Below, one piece after another: positions 44,580 to 52,410 of a stretch of 64,000 nucleotides of DNA. The notes beneath the pieces were generated by a model, which saw only the letters and a list, made by a program, of their open reading frames with translations, ran no database searches and was not told the DNA's origin. A program made the position numbers and the translations under genes. Within the stretch, counting starts at the first letter, position 1; each line of letters starts with the position of its first letter. Source of the DNA: an uncultured Eubacteriales bacterium (GTDB taxonomy: Bacteria; Actinomycetota; Coriobacteriia; Anaerosomatales; JAAXUF01); contig CAZFRE010000001.1 of assembly GCA_964521195.1 (NCBI GenBank), forward strand, positions 66,866-130,865. The letters are read 5' to 3'.

Positions 44580-45068
44580 GTGGCACGTCGCAGCGCAACC
44601 AACGCGCGCTACCAGAAGTACACGGGCCCGGAGGGCAAGACCCGCAAGTCGGCCGCGGCGGCGAAGCCCAAGAAGGCCTCGAGCAGCAGCGCCAAACCCA
44701 GCGGCGGCAAGTCGTCCGGCGGCTCGAAGCCCAAGTCGACGTCAGCGATCGCCATGCGCAACCCCGACACGCCGGAGTTCCGGGCGTACCGCCGCCAGTG
44801 GTGGATCGCGCTCGTCGCGGGCCTGCTCCTCACCGGCGTGTCCTACGCGATCCAGCGGTTCGCGCCGCCCACCACGCTGGCGCGCTATGCGACGACCGGC
44901 ACGCTCGTGGCCGCGTACGCGGCGATCATCTACGCGTTCTTCGTCGACTGGACCAAGATGCGCCCGCTTCGCAAAGAAGCCTACGAGGCGGCCAAGAGCG
45001 GCAAGTCGCCCAAGCCCGCCGCCGAGAAGAAGCCCACCGAGGATACGTCTGACGGAAAGGACGCCTAG
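44580..45068 (+). CDS. Membrane protein with Lys/Ser-rich N-terminus, unknown function
   Basis: GTG immediately after the purC stop. Two TM helices flanked by basic low-complexity termini. Confidence 0.45.
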   Translation: MARRSATNARYQKYTGPEGKTRKSAAAAKPKKASSSSAKPSGGKSSGGSKPKSTSAIAMRNPDTPEFRAYRRQWWIALVAGLLLTGVSYAIQRFAPPTTLARYATTGTLVAAYAAIIYAFFVDWTKMRPLRKEAYEAAKSGKSPKPAAEKKPTEDTSDGKDA

Positions 45069-45070
45069 CT

Positions 45071-45304
45071 ATGGCTCGCTACGAGATCTACGTGACGTAC
45101 AAGAAGGGCATCTTCGACCCGCCCGGCGCCACGGCGGAGCGCGCGCTCGTCAACCTCGGCTATGAGGGCGTCCACGAGGTCAAGATAGGCAAGTACATCC
45201 GCATGGAGGCCGACGCGGATCTCGCGACCGTCTCCGAGATGTGCGAGAAGCTGCTCGCGAATCCGGTCATCGAGGACTACCGCATCGAGACGGTGGAGGA
45301 GTAA
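45071..45304 (+). CDS. purS: FGAM synthase subunit PurS
   Basis: 77 aa with the typical PurS sequence (ILDPQG-like GIFDPPG, NPVIEDY). Confidence 0.85.
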   Translation: MARYEIYVTYKKGIFDPPGATAERALVNLGYEGVHEVKIGKYIRMEADADLATVSEMCEKLLANPVIEDYRIETVEE

Positions 45305-45307
45305 CCC

Positions 45308-46006
45308 ATGCGCTTCGGCGTCGTCATCTTTCCGGGCTCCAACTGCGAGCAGGACGTCATCCGCGCCACGCAGTACCTCGGCTACGAGAGCGACTACATC
45401 TGGCACGGCGATACCGACATCTCCGGCTTCGACGCGATCGTGCTGCCGGGCGGCTTCTCCTACGGTGACTACATCCGCTGCGGAGCGGTGGCGCGCTTCA
45501 GTCCCGTCATGGCCGAGGTCGTGAAGTTCGCCGAGGCGGGCGGGCCGGTGCTCGGCATCTGTAACGGCTTCCAGATCCTCACCGAGGCGCACCTGCTGCC
45601 CGGCGCGCTCCTGCGCAACCGCGGCCTGAAGTTCATCTGCAAGCCGGTCACGATGCGGGTAGAGGACAGCGTCTGCCAGTGGCTCGATACGCCGCCGGGC
45701 TCGCTCGTCACGGTGCCGATCAACCACAACGAGGGCAACTTCACCTGCGACGCCGCGACGCTCGAGCGGCTGCGCGCGAACCGCCAGGTCGTGCTGCGCT
45801 ACGTCGAGCCGGACGGGTCCACCGCAGCGGGTGGCTCGGCACCCAACGGCGCGCTCGACGACATCGCCGGCATCTGCAACGAGCGCGGCAATGTCTTCGG
45901 CCTCATGCCGCATCCCGAGCGCGTCGTCGATCCCATCACCGGGGGTACCGACGGGCAGCCGTTCTTCACGACGATCGTGAAGCGTCTCGCCGAGGTCGCC
46001 GGCTAG
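45308..46006 (+). CDS. purQ: FGAM synthase glutaminase subunit PurQ
   Basis: Catalytic GICNGFQIL block and C-terminal MPHPER. Confidence 0.9.
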   Translation: MRFGVVIFPGSNCEQDVIRATQYLGYESDYIWHGDTDISGFDAIVLPGGFSYGDYIRCGAVARFSPVMAEVVKFAEAGGPVLGICNGFQILTEAHLLPGALLRNRGLKFICKPVTMRVEDSVCQWLDTPPGSLVTVPINHNEGNFTCDAATLERLRANRQVVLRYVEPDGSTAAGGSAPNGALDDIAGICNERGNVFGLMPHPERVVDPITGGTDGQPFFTTIVKRLAEVAG

Positions 46007-46377
46007 TGGCGGTCCCCGGCTCCGACTACATCCTTGGCGGGCCGCTGTTCTGGGTCCTCACCGTCACGCTGTTCGGCACCGCGATGCTCGCGGTGTTCGT
46101 GGTCATCGACTGCATTCGCCGCTCGTTCACGCGAGGCGATCGGCCGGCCGAGCAGGTCCGCTGGCACTACCTCGTGCCGCAGGCGGTCTACGTGTTCCTG
46201 CTCCTGGTCGGGCAGGTCGGTGCCATGCCGATGGCCGTGACCGCCGCCGTGGTGCTGGCGACGCCTGTCTTGCTGGCGCAGGGCATCACCTACCTGCTGC
46301 GAGTCGTGTTCCCGAAGCCGGTCGAGGAAGAGGCGCCCGTCTCCCTGGCCCCCGTTGAGCACGAGGACGCCGAGTAA
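46006..46377 (+). CDS. Membrane protein, unknown function
   Basis: GTG at 46006 overlaps the purQ stop. Three TM helices. Confidence 0.4.
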   Translation: MAVPGSDYILGGPLFWVLTVTLFGTAMLAVFVVIDCIRRSFTRGDRPAEQVRWHYLVPQAVYVFLLLVGQVGAMPMAVTAAVVLATPVLLAQGITYLLRVVFPKPVEEEAPVSLAPVEHEDAE

Positions 46378-46534
46378 CCTCAAGCGCCTCTTCGGGATTC
46401 ATCACGGCTTCTTCACACCCCCGGCTGCCGCCTTCACTCGACCCCAACACCCCGGGTCCTAGAGTCAGTGTGTCGCGCGTACCTGCGCGCGATGATGACG
46501 ACTGCCCGTGGTCGCGAAGGAAGGGGCGAGAGGC

Positions 46535-46639
46535 GTGGGACTCTTCGCAGACGTGCTTGCTCTGCTGGGCGTGTGCGGCGCGGTCGCCAGTGGTGTCGTC
46601 TACGCCTACCTCGCTGACAGGATGGTGTCTCGCAGATGA
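46535..46639 (+). CDS. Candidate 34-aa hydrophobic micro-protein upstream of kdpF
   Basis: GTG at 46535 follows GAAGGAAGGGG. It encodes VGLFADVLALLGVCGAVASGVVYAYLADRMVSRR, and its stop overlaps the kdpF ATG (ATGA). Confidence 0.3.
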   Translation: MGLFADVLALLGVCGAVASGVVYAYLADRMVSRR

Positions 46640-46725
46640 ATGCGCAGGAAGCTGTGGTCGGTGTTGTCGCTGTCGCGGTGCTGGCGTATCTGCTCTGGGC
46701 GCTCATCAACCCGGAACGGCTGTAG
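46636..46725 (+). CDS. kdpF: K+-transporting ATPase small subunit KdpF
   Basis: 29-aa single-TM peptide ending ...LAYLLWALINPERL, matching the KdpF pattern. It lies directly upstream of kdpA and is not in the ORF track. Confidence 0.65.
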   Translation: MNAQEAVVGVVAVAVLAYLLWALINPERL

Positions 46726-46734
46726 GTAATCCCG

Positions 46735-48462
46735 TTGAGCTTCACCGACTTCGTACAGCTCGCCGTGCTCGTGGGGGCGGTGGTGGCGCTCGCAAGACCG
46801 GTCGGTGCGTACCTGCACCGGGTGTTCTCGGGAGAGCGTACGTTCTTGCACCCCGTCGTGGCACCGGTTGAGCGCGGACTGTACCGCCTCACCGGCGTTG
46901 ATCCCGCGGGCGAGATGACGTGGGTCGCCTACACCGTGGCCGTGCTCGTCTTCTCGGGCGTGTGCATCGTCGTGCTGTATGGGGTACTGCGATTGCAGGG
47001 AGTGCTCCCGCTCAATCCCGCGCGTGTGCCGAGCATGCCGGCGCTGTTGGCGATGAATACCGCGATCTCCTTCGTCACCAACACCAACTGGCAGGCGTAT
47101 GCCGGCGAGAGCGGGGTCAGCTACCTCGCGCAGATGGTCGGCCTCGCCTGGCAGAACTTCGTGTCAGCAGCTGTCGGGATCGCGGTGGCGGTCGCCTTCG
47201 TTCGCGGACTCACGAGGACCGGGCACAAGCGGATCGGCAACTTCTGGGTCGACCTCACGCGCGCCCTGCTCTACGTGCTACTCCCGCTCTCGCTGGTCCT
47301 GAGCCTGGTGCTCGTCTCGCAGGGCGTCATCGACAACTTCGCCTCTCCGGTCACGGTGCGGACCCTTGAGGGCGGCGAGCAGGTGATCGCACAGGGCCCC
47401 GTAGCTTCGCAGGAGGCGATCAAGGAGATCGGGACCAACGGCGGCGGCTTCTTCAACGCCAACTCGGCTCATCCCTATGAGAACCCGACGCCGCTGTCGA
47501 GCTTCCTCCAGGTGCTCTCGATCCTCCTGTTGCCGGCCGGGCTCGCGTACATGGTCGGGCGCTTCGCGGGTGATACACGCCAGGGATGGGCGCTGCTTGC
47601 GGCCATGACCGTCCTGTTCGTCGCGGGTCTGGCCGTCGTGTACGGATTCGAGCGCTCGGGCAACCCGGTCCTTGCCGGCGTCGGCGCGAGCCAGGTGGCG
47701 AGCGAGGGCAGCGCGGGCGGCAACATGGAGGGCAAGGAGGTGCGCTTCGGTATCGCGCAAAGCGCGCTGTACGTGAACACGACGACCGCGGCCTCGTGCG
47801 GTGCGGTCAACTCGTCGCACGACAGTCTCACCCCGCTCGCGGGCGGCATGGCGCTCCTCAATATCGCTCTGGGCGAGATCGTCTTCGGTGGCGTGGGCTC
47901 GGGACTGTACGGCATGTTGCTATTCGCGATCCTCGCGGTGTTCATCGCAGGGCTCATGGTGGGCCGCACGCCCGAGTACCTGGGCAAGAAGATCGGACCC
48001 ACCGAGATGAAGCTGGCCATGCTGGCCGTGCTGGCTCTCGAGGCGGGGATCCTGGTCATCGCGAGTCTCGCGACGGTGATTCCCGCGGCGTCCGAGGCGG
48101 TGCTCAACCAGGGGCCGCACGCTCTGTCGGAGATCCTGTACGCGGCGACGTCGGCTGTGGGCAACAACGGCTCGGCCTTCGCCGGGCTCACGGCCAACGG
48201 TGCCTACTACACGCTCGCGTTGTCTGTCGGGATGTTCGTCGGCGCCTTCTTCTTCATCGTGCCGGTCCTGGGCATCGCGGGCTCGATGGCTCAGAAGCGT
48301 GTCGCGCCGCCGTCGCCCGGGACGTTCCCGACCAACGGGGCGCTGTTCGTCGGCTTGCTCGTGGGCGTGATCCTGATCGTGGGTGCGCTCACGTTCTTCC
48401 CGGTCTATGCCCTCGGGCCGATTCTCGAGCATCTCATCATGTCCGCCGGCGGGGTCTTCTAG
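46735..48462 (+). CDS. kdpA: K+-transporting ATPase subunit KdpA
   Basis: 575 aa, polytopic, with KdpA blocks (NTNWQAYAGE, GTNGGGFF, GNNGSAF). Confidence 0.9.
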   Translation: MSFTDFVQLAVLVGAVVALARPVGAYLHRVFSGERTFLHPVVAPVERGLYRLTGVDPAGEMTWVAYTVAVLVFSGVCIVVLYGVLRLQGVLPLNPARVPSMPALLAMNTAISFVTNTNWQAYAGESGVSYLAQMVGLAWQNFVSAAVGIAVAVAFVRGLTRTGHKRIGNFWVDLTRALLYVLLPLSLVLSLVLVSQGVIDNFASPVTVRTLEGGEQVIAQGPVASQEAIKEIGTNGGGFFNANSAHPYENPTPLSSFLQVLSILLLPAGLAYMVGRFAGDTRQGWALLAAMTVLFVAGLAVVYGFERSGNPVLAGVGASQVASEGSAGGNMEGKEVRFGIAQSALYVNTTTAASCGAVNSSHDSLTPLAGGMALLNIALGEIVFGGVGSGLYGMLLFAILAVFIAGLMVGRTPEYLGKKIGPTEMKLAMLAVLALEAGILVIASLATVIPAASEAVLNQGPHALSEILYAATSAVGNNGSAFAGLTANGAYYTLALSVGMFVGAFFFIVPVLGIAGSMAQKRVAPPSPGTFPTNGALFVGLLVGVILIVGALTFFPVYALGPILEHLIMSAGGVF

Positions 48463-48471
48463 GAGCCGAGA

Positions 48472-50547
48472 ATGACCGAAGCGAACGTCACGAGTGATTC
48501 GGCGCCTGGCGCGCGAAAGGGCCGCGAACGGGCGACGTTCGACGCCCACCTTGTCGCACGCGCGGCGTTGGATGCCCTCGCCAAGCTCGACCCCCGCACG
48601 CTGTATCGCAACCCGGTCATGCTCGTCGTCGAGATCGGGAGCGTCATCACCTCCGTCTACGCGCTCGCCGCCCTCTTCGACCGCAGCCCTCAGCTCGGGT
48701 TCTTCACGTCGCTGGCGCTGTGGCTCTGGTTCACGGTGCTGTTCGCGAACTTCGCCGAGGCGATGGCCGAGGGGCGCGGCAAGGCGCAGGCGGATGCCCT
48801 GCGCAGTATGAAGACCGACACGGTCGCGTGCCGTGTCGCTGCCGATGGAAGCTGCGAGGAGGTCCTCGCGTCCGAACTACGTCGCGGCGACACGGTCGTC
48901 GTGGTGGCCGGCGAGACGATTCCGGGTGATGGCGATGTGATCGAGGGCATCGCGTCGATCGATGAGTCGGCGATCACCGGCGAGTCGGCACCGGTGATCC
49001 GCGAGAGCGGCGGCGACCGCAGTGCGGTGACCGGTGGCACCCGGGTCCTCTCGGACCGCATCGTCATCCGGATCACGTCCGACCCCGGCGGCACGTTCCT
49101 CGACCGGATGATCGGACTCGTCGAGGGCGCGAGCCGGCAGAAGACGCCCAACGAGGTCGCTCTCGACATCCTGCTGATAGTGCTGACCATCATCTTCGTG
49201 CTCGTCTGCCTCTCGCTGAAGGCGTTCGCCGTGTTCTCGGGTGGAGATGTCTCGGTGAGCGTGCTCATCGCGCTGCTCGTGTGCCTGATTCCCACGACCA
49301 TCGGCGGGCTTCTGTCGGCGATCGGCATCGCGGGCATGGACCGGCTCATCCAGCGCAACGTCCTGGCGATGTCGGGGCGGGCCGTGGAAGCCGCAGGTGA
49401 TGTCGACACGCTACTGCTCGACAAGACGGGGACCATCACGTTCGGCAACCGGCAGGCAGCCGAGTTCCTCCCCGCGCCCGGGTACTCCGAGGCCGACGTC
49501 GCGGACGCGGCTCAGTTGGCGTCGCTGTCCGACGAGACGCCCGAGGGCCGGTCGATCGTGGTGCTCGCCAAGGAGTATGGGATTCGCGCGCGTCACCTCG
49601 ACGAGGCAACCACCGAGTTCATCCCGTTCACCGCGCAGACGCGGATGAGCGGAGTCGACGTGGGGGCCGAGCGGGTGCGCAAGGGCGCCGCCGACGCGGT
49701 CGTGACGTGGGTGGAGTCGCTTGGCGGCACCGTGCCGCCGGAGCTCGACCGGCTGGTGCGTGGGGTGTCCGAGGCGGGCGGCACGCCGCTTGTGGTCGCA
49801 CGGGAGCACTACGTCGTGGGGGTGATCCACCTCAAGGACATCGTGAAGGGTGGCATCGGGGAGCGGTTCGACCAGCTGCGGGCGATGGGCATCCGCACAG
49901 TGATGATCACCGGTGACAACCCGGTGACCGCCGCGGTCATCGCGAACGAGGCCGGAGTCGATGACTTCCTCGCCCAGGCGACTCCCGAGGCGAAGATGGA
50001 GCTCATCCGCAAGGAGCAGGCGAACGGCAAGCTCGTCGCGATGACGGGTGACGGCACCAACGACGCGCCGGCGCTCGCTCAGGCCGACGTGGGTGTCGCC
50101 ATGAACACGGGAACGAGCGCAGCCAAAGAGGCGGGCAACATGGTCGACCTCGACAGCGACCCCACGAAGCTCATCGAGATCGTCGCCATCGGCAAGCAGC
50201 TGCTCATGACCCGGGGGTCGCTCACCACCTTCTCGATCGCCAACGATGTCGCGAAGTACTTCGCGATCATCCCCGCCATGTTCATGGTCACCCACCCTGA
50301 GCTGGAACAGCTCAACGTGATGGGCCTGCACTCGCCGGAGAGCGCGATCATGAGCGCGGTCATCTTCAACGCGCTCATCATCGTGGCGCTCATCCCGCTC
50401 GCGCTGCGGGGAGTCGCGTACCGGCCCGTCGGGTCCGGAGCGCTGCTCCGACGCAACCTGCTCATCTACGGCCTCGGCGGCGTGATCCTGCCGTTCGTGG
50501 GCATCAAGCTCATCGATGCGCTCCTCGTGGCGCTCAATCTCGGGTAG
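48472..50547 (+). CDS. kdpB: K+-transporting P-type ATPase subunit KdpB
   Basis: DKTGTIT phosphorylation motif, [13 protein letters not shown] hinge, and typical KdpB N-terminus. Confidence 0.9.
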   Translation: MTEANVTSDSAPGARKGRERATFDAHLVARAALDALAKLDPRTLYRNPVMLVVEIGSVITSVYALAALFDRSPQLGFFTSLALWLWFTVLFANFAEAMAEGRGKAQADALRSMKTDTVACRVAADGSCEEVLASELRRGDTVVVVAGETIPGDGDVIEGIASIDESAITGESAPVIRESGGDRSAVTGGTRVLSDRIVIRITSDPGGTFLDRMIGLVEGASRQKTPNEVALDILLIVLTIIFVLVCLSLKAFAVFSGGDVSVSVLIALLVCLIPTTIGGLLSAIGIAGMDRLIQRNVLAMSGRAVEAAGDVDTLLLDKTGTITFGNRQAAEFLPAPGYSEADVADAAQLASLSDETPEGRSIVVLAKEYGIRARHLDEATTEFIPFTAQTRMSGVDVGAERVRKGAADAVVTWVESLGGTVPPELDRLVRGVSEAGGTPLVVAREHYVVGVIHLKDIVKGGIGERFDQLRAMGIRTVMITGDNPVTAAVIANEAGVDDFLAQATPEAKMELIRKEQANGKLVAMTGDGTNDAPALAQADVGVAMNTGTSAAKEAGNMVDLDSDPTKLIEIVAIGKQLLMTRGSLTTFSIANDVAKYFAIIPAMFMVTHPELEQLNVMGLHSPESAIMSAVIFNALIIVALIPLALRGVAYRPVGSGALLRRNLLIYGLGGVILPFVGIKLIDALLVALNLG

Positions 50548-50554
50548 GTGACTC

Positions 50555-51136
50555 GTGCGACGCTCGTTGCTCATATCCGCACGGATGGTCCTCGTGACGA
50601 TCGTCCTGACCGGCATCGTGTACCCGCTCGCGGTCTGGGCCCTGGCGCGTCTCGCCTTCCCCGAGCAGGCCTCGGGCAGTCTGATGCGCGATCCGTCGGG
50701 GACCGTCATCGGCTCGCGGCTGATCGGGCAGCAGTTCACCGGGGAGCGATACTTCCATCCGCGCCCTTCGGCGGCCGGCGCGCAGGGGTACGACGCGATG
50801 GCGTCAGGCGCGAGCAACCTCGGGCCGACGAGCGCCACGTTGCGCTCGCTCGTGGCGTCGCGGGTTGCCGCCGCCGTGCGCTCCGAAGGCGCGACCGCCG
50901 GCTCGGTCCCCGTGGACATGGTGACCGCCTCGGGCAGCGGGCTCGACCCCCATATCTCGCCCGACAACGCGCGGCTTCAGGTCAAGCGCGTCGCCGGGGC
51001 GCGAGGCCTGGCGGAGGATGCCGTTCTCGGCCTCGTGCGAGAGCACACGAGCGGGCGTGACCTCGGGTTTCTCGGCGAGCCGAGGGTGAACGTGCTCGAA
51101 CTCAATCTCGCGCTCGACCAGCTATCCTTGCAGTAG
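50555..51136 (+). CDS. kdpC: K+-transporting ATPase subunit KdpC
   Basis: N-terminal TM, then the KdpC blocks GSRLIGQQF, SGASNLGP and SGSGLDPHISP. Confidence 0.9.
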   Translation: MRRSLLISARMVLVTIVLTGIVYPLAVWALARLAFPEQASGSLMRDPSGTVIGSRLIGQQFTGERYFHPRPSAAGAQGYDAMASGASNLGPTSATLRSLVASRVAAAVRSEGATAGSVPVDMVTASGSGLDPHISPDNARLQVKRVAGARGLAEDAVLGLVREHTSGRDLGFLGEPRVNVLELNLALDQLSLQ

Positions 51137-51152
51137 ACGGGCGGAGGGCGTC

Positions 51153-52262
51153 GTGGGAGTCGACGGCGACATGAACGTGCGGCGGGGGTGCCACAAGGTG
51201 TTCCTCGGCTACGCTGCGGGCGTCGGTAAGACGTACACGATGCTCGCGGAAGCACGGCGCCGCAAGTCGCGGGGTGAGGACATCGTCGTCGGGTACGTGG
51301 AGCCGCACCTGCGGCCGGATACCCAGGCGATGATGGAGGGTCTCGAGATCGTCGAGCCCGAGCGCATCGAATACCACGGCGCAACGTTCACCGAGCTCGC
51401 CACCGACGCCGTCATCGCGCGCCGTCCGGCCACAGTGCTCGTCGACGAACTCGCGCACACGAACATACCCGGCACACACCACGAGAAGCGCTGGCAGTCG
51501 GTCGAGGAGCTGCTCGACGCCGGCATCAACGTGCTCTCGACCGTCAACGTGCAGCACTTCGAGAGCCTCAACGACACGATCTGCCAGATCACGGGCGTGT
51601 GCGTACGAGAGACGCTGCCCGACCGTGTCCTCGACGAGGCCGATGAGGTCGAGCTTGTCGACCTGCCCCCGGACGCCCTGCTCAACCGGCTCAAGCGTGG
51701 CGCCATCTACGCCCCTGAGAAGATCGATCAGGCGCTCAGCAACTTCTTCCGGCGCGGCAACCTCGTCGCCCTGCGCGAACTCGCCCTGCGCAAGACCGCC
51801 GAGGAGGTCGACGACGACCTTGCGGCATTCATCTCCGCCCACGACGTCGATAAGACGTGGGGTGCGGCGGAGCGCGTGCTCGTCGCGGTTACGCCGAGGC
51901 CGCAGAGCGCGAAGCTGGTGCGGCGTGGCTACCAGCTCGCCCGCCGGCTCGGCGCCGACCTGTGGGTGGTGCACGTGAAGCCGCCTGCCGTGCTGCTCGG
52001 TGGGGCGGAGCAGACCGCGGTCGACATGCTCCGCTCGCTCGCCGAGGAACTCGAGGGCAGCTTCATCGAGCTCAGCGATGACGACGTGGCGAGCGGCATC
52101 ATCGAGTTCGCGAAGGGACACCAGGTGACGTTCATCGTCATGGGTCAGTCCGTTCGCAGCCGTGTCGACGAGATCCTGCACGGTTCGATCGTCGGCCGCA
52201 TCATGCGCGAGACGCGCAACATCGACGTCGTGATCGTTGCCGAGAGCCGGGAGACGGGGTAG
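51153..52262 (+). CDS. KdpD N-terminal sensor domain + Usp domain protein lacking TM and histidine-kinase modules
   Basis: Blocks GYAAGVGKTY and DELAHTN (KdpD N-domain), then a Usp-like C-terminus. The ORF ends at 369 aa with no H-box. Confidence 0.75.
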   Translation: MGVDGDMNVRRGCHKVFLGYAAGVGKTYTMLAEARRRKSRGEDIVVGYVEPHLRPDTQAMMEGLEIVEPERIEYHGATFTELATDAVIARRPATVLVDELAHTNIPGTHHEKRWQSVEELLDAGINVLSTVNVQHFESLNDTICQITGVCVRETLPDRVLDEADEVELVDLPPDALLNRLKRGAIYAPEKIDQALSNFFRRGNLVALRELALRKTAEEVDDDLAAFISAHDVDKTWGAAERVLVAVTPRPQSAKLVRRGYQLARRLGADLWVVHVKPPAVLLGGAEQTAVDMLRSLAEELEGSFIELSDDDVASGIIEFAKGHQVTFIVMGQSVRSRVDEILHGSIVGRIMRETRNIDVVIVAESRETG

Positions 52263-52290
52263 GGCGGGGCCATCGGCGGGGTTCGCGTGC

Positions 52291-52320
52291 GCCCATGCGC
52301 ACCAAACTGCGCGCATGGGC
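52291..52320 (+). terminator. Hairpin after the kdp cluster
   Basis: GCCCATGCGC / GCGCATGGGC 10-bp inverted repeat with a 10-nt loop, about 30 nt after the stop. Confidence 0.3.
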
Positions 52321-52410
52321 GTGAAGGAGTGCGCGGCACGGTGGGGAATCTAGGAAGGTCGGGCATCGCCCGGCAACCCGGGAATCCCAAACGACCGGAG
52401 CGCGACTCAC

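Noticed and set aside
46378-46534. Possible c-di-AMP (ydaO-type) riboswitch or other leader RNA upstream of kdp.
   Set aside because: I could not find the conserved ydaO blocks by eye, only a short GC palindrome (TCGCGCG...CGCGCGA). It would need cmsearch (RF00379) to be settled.
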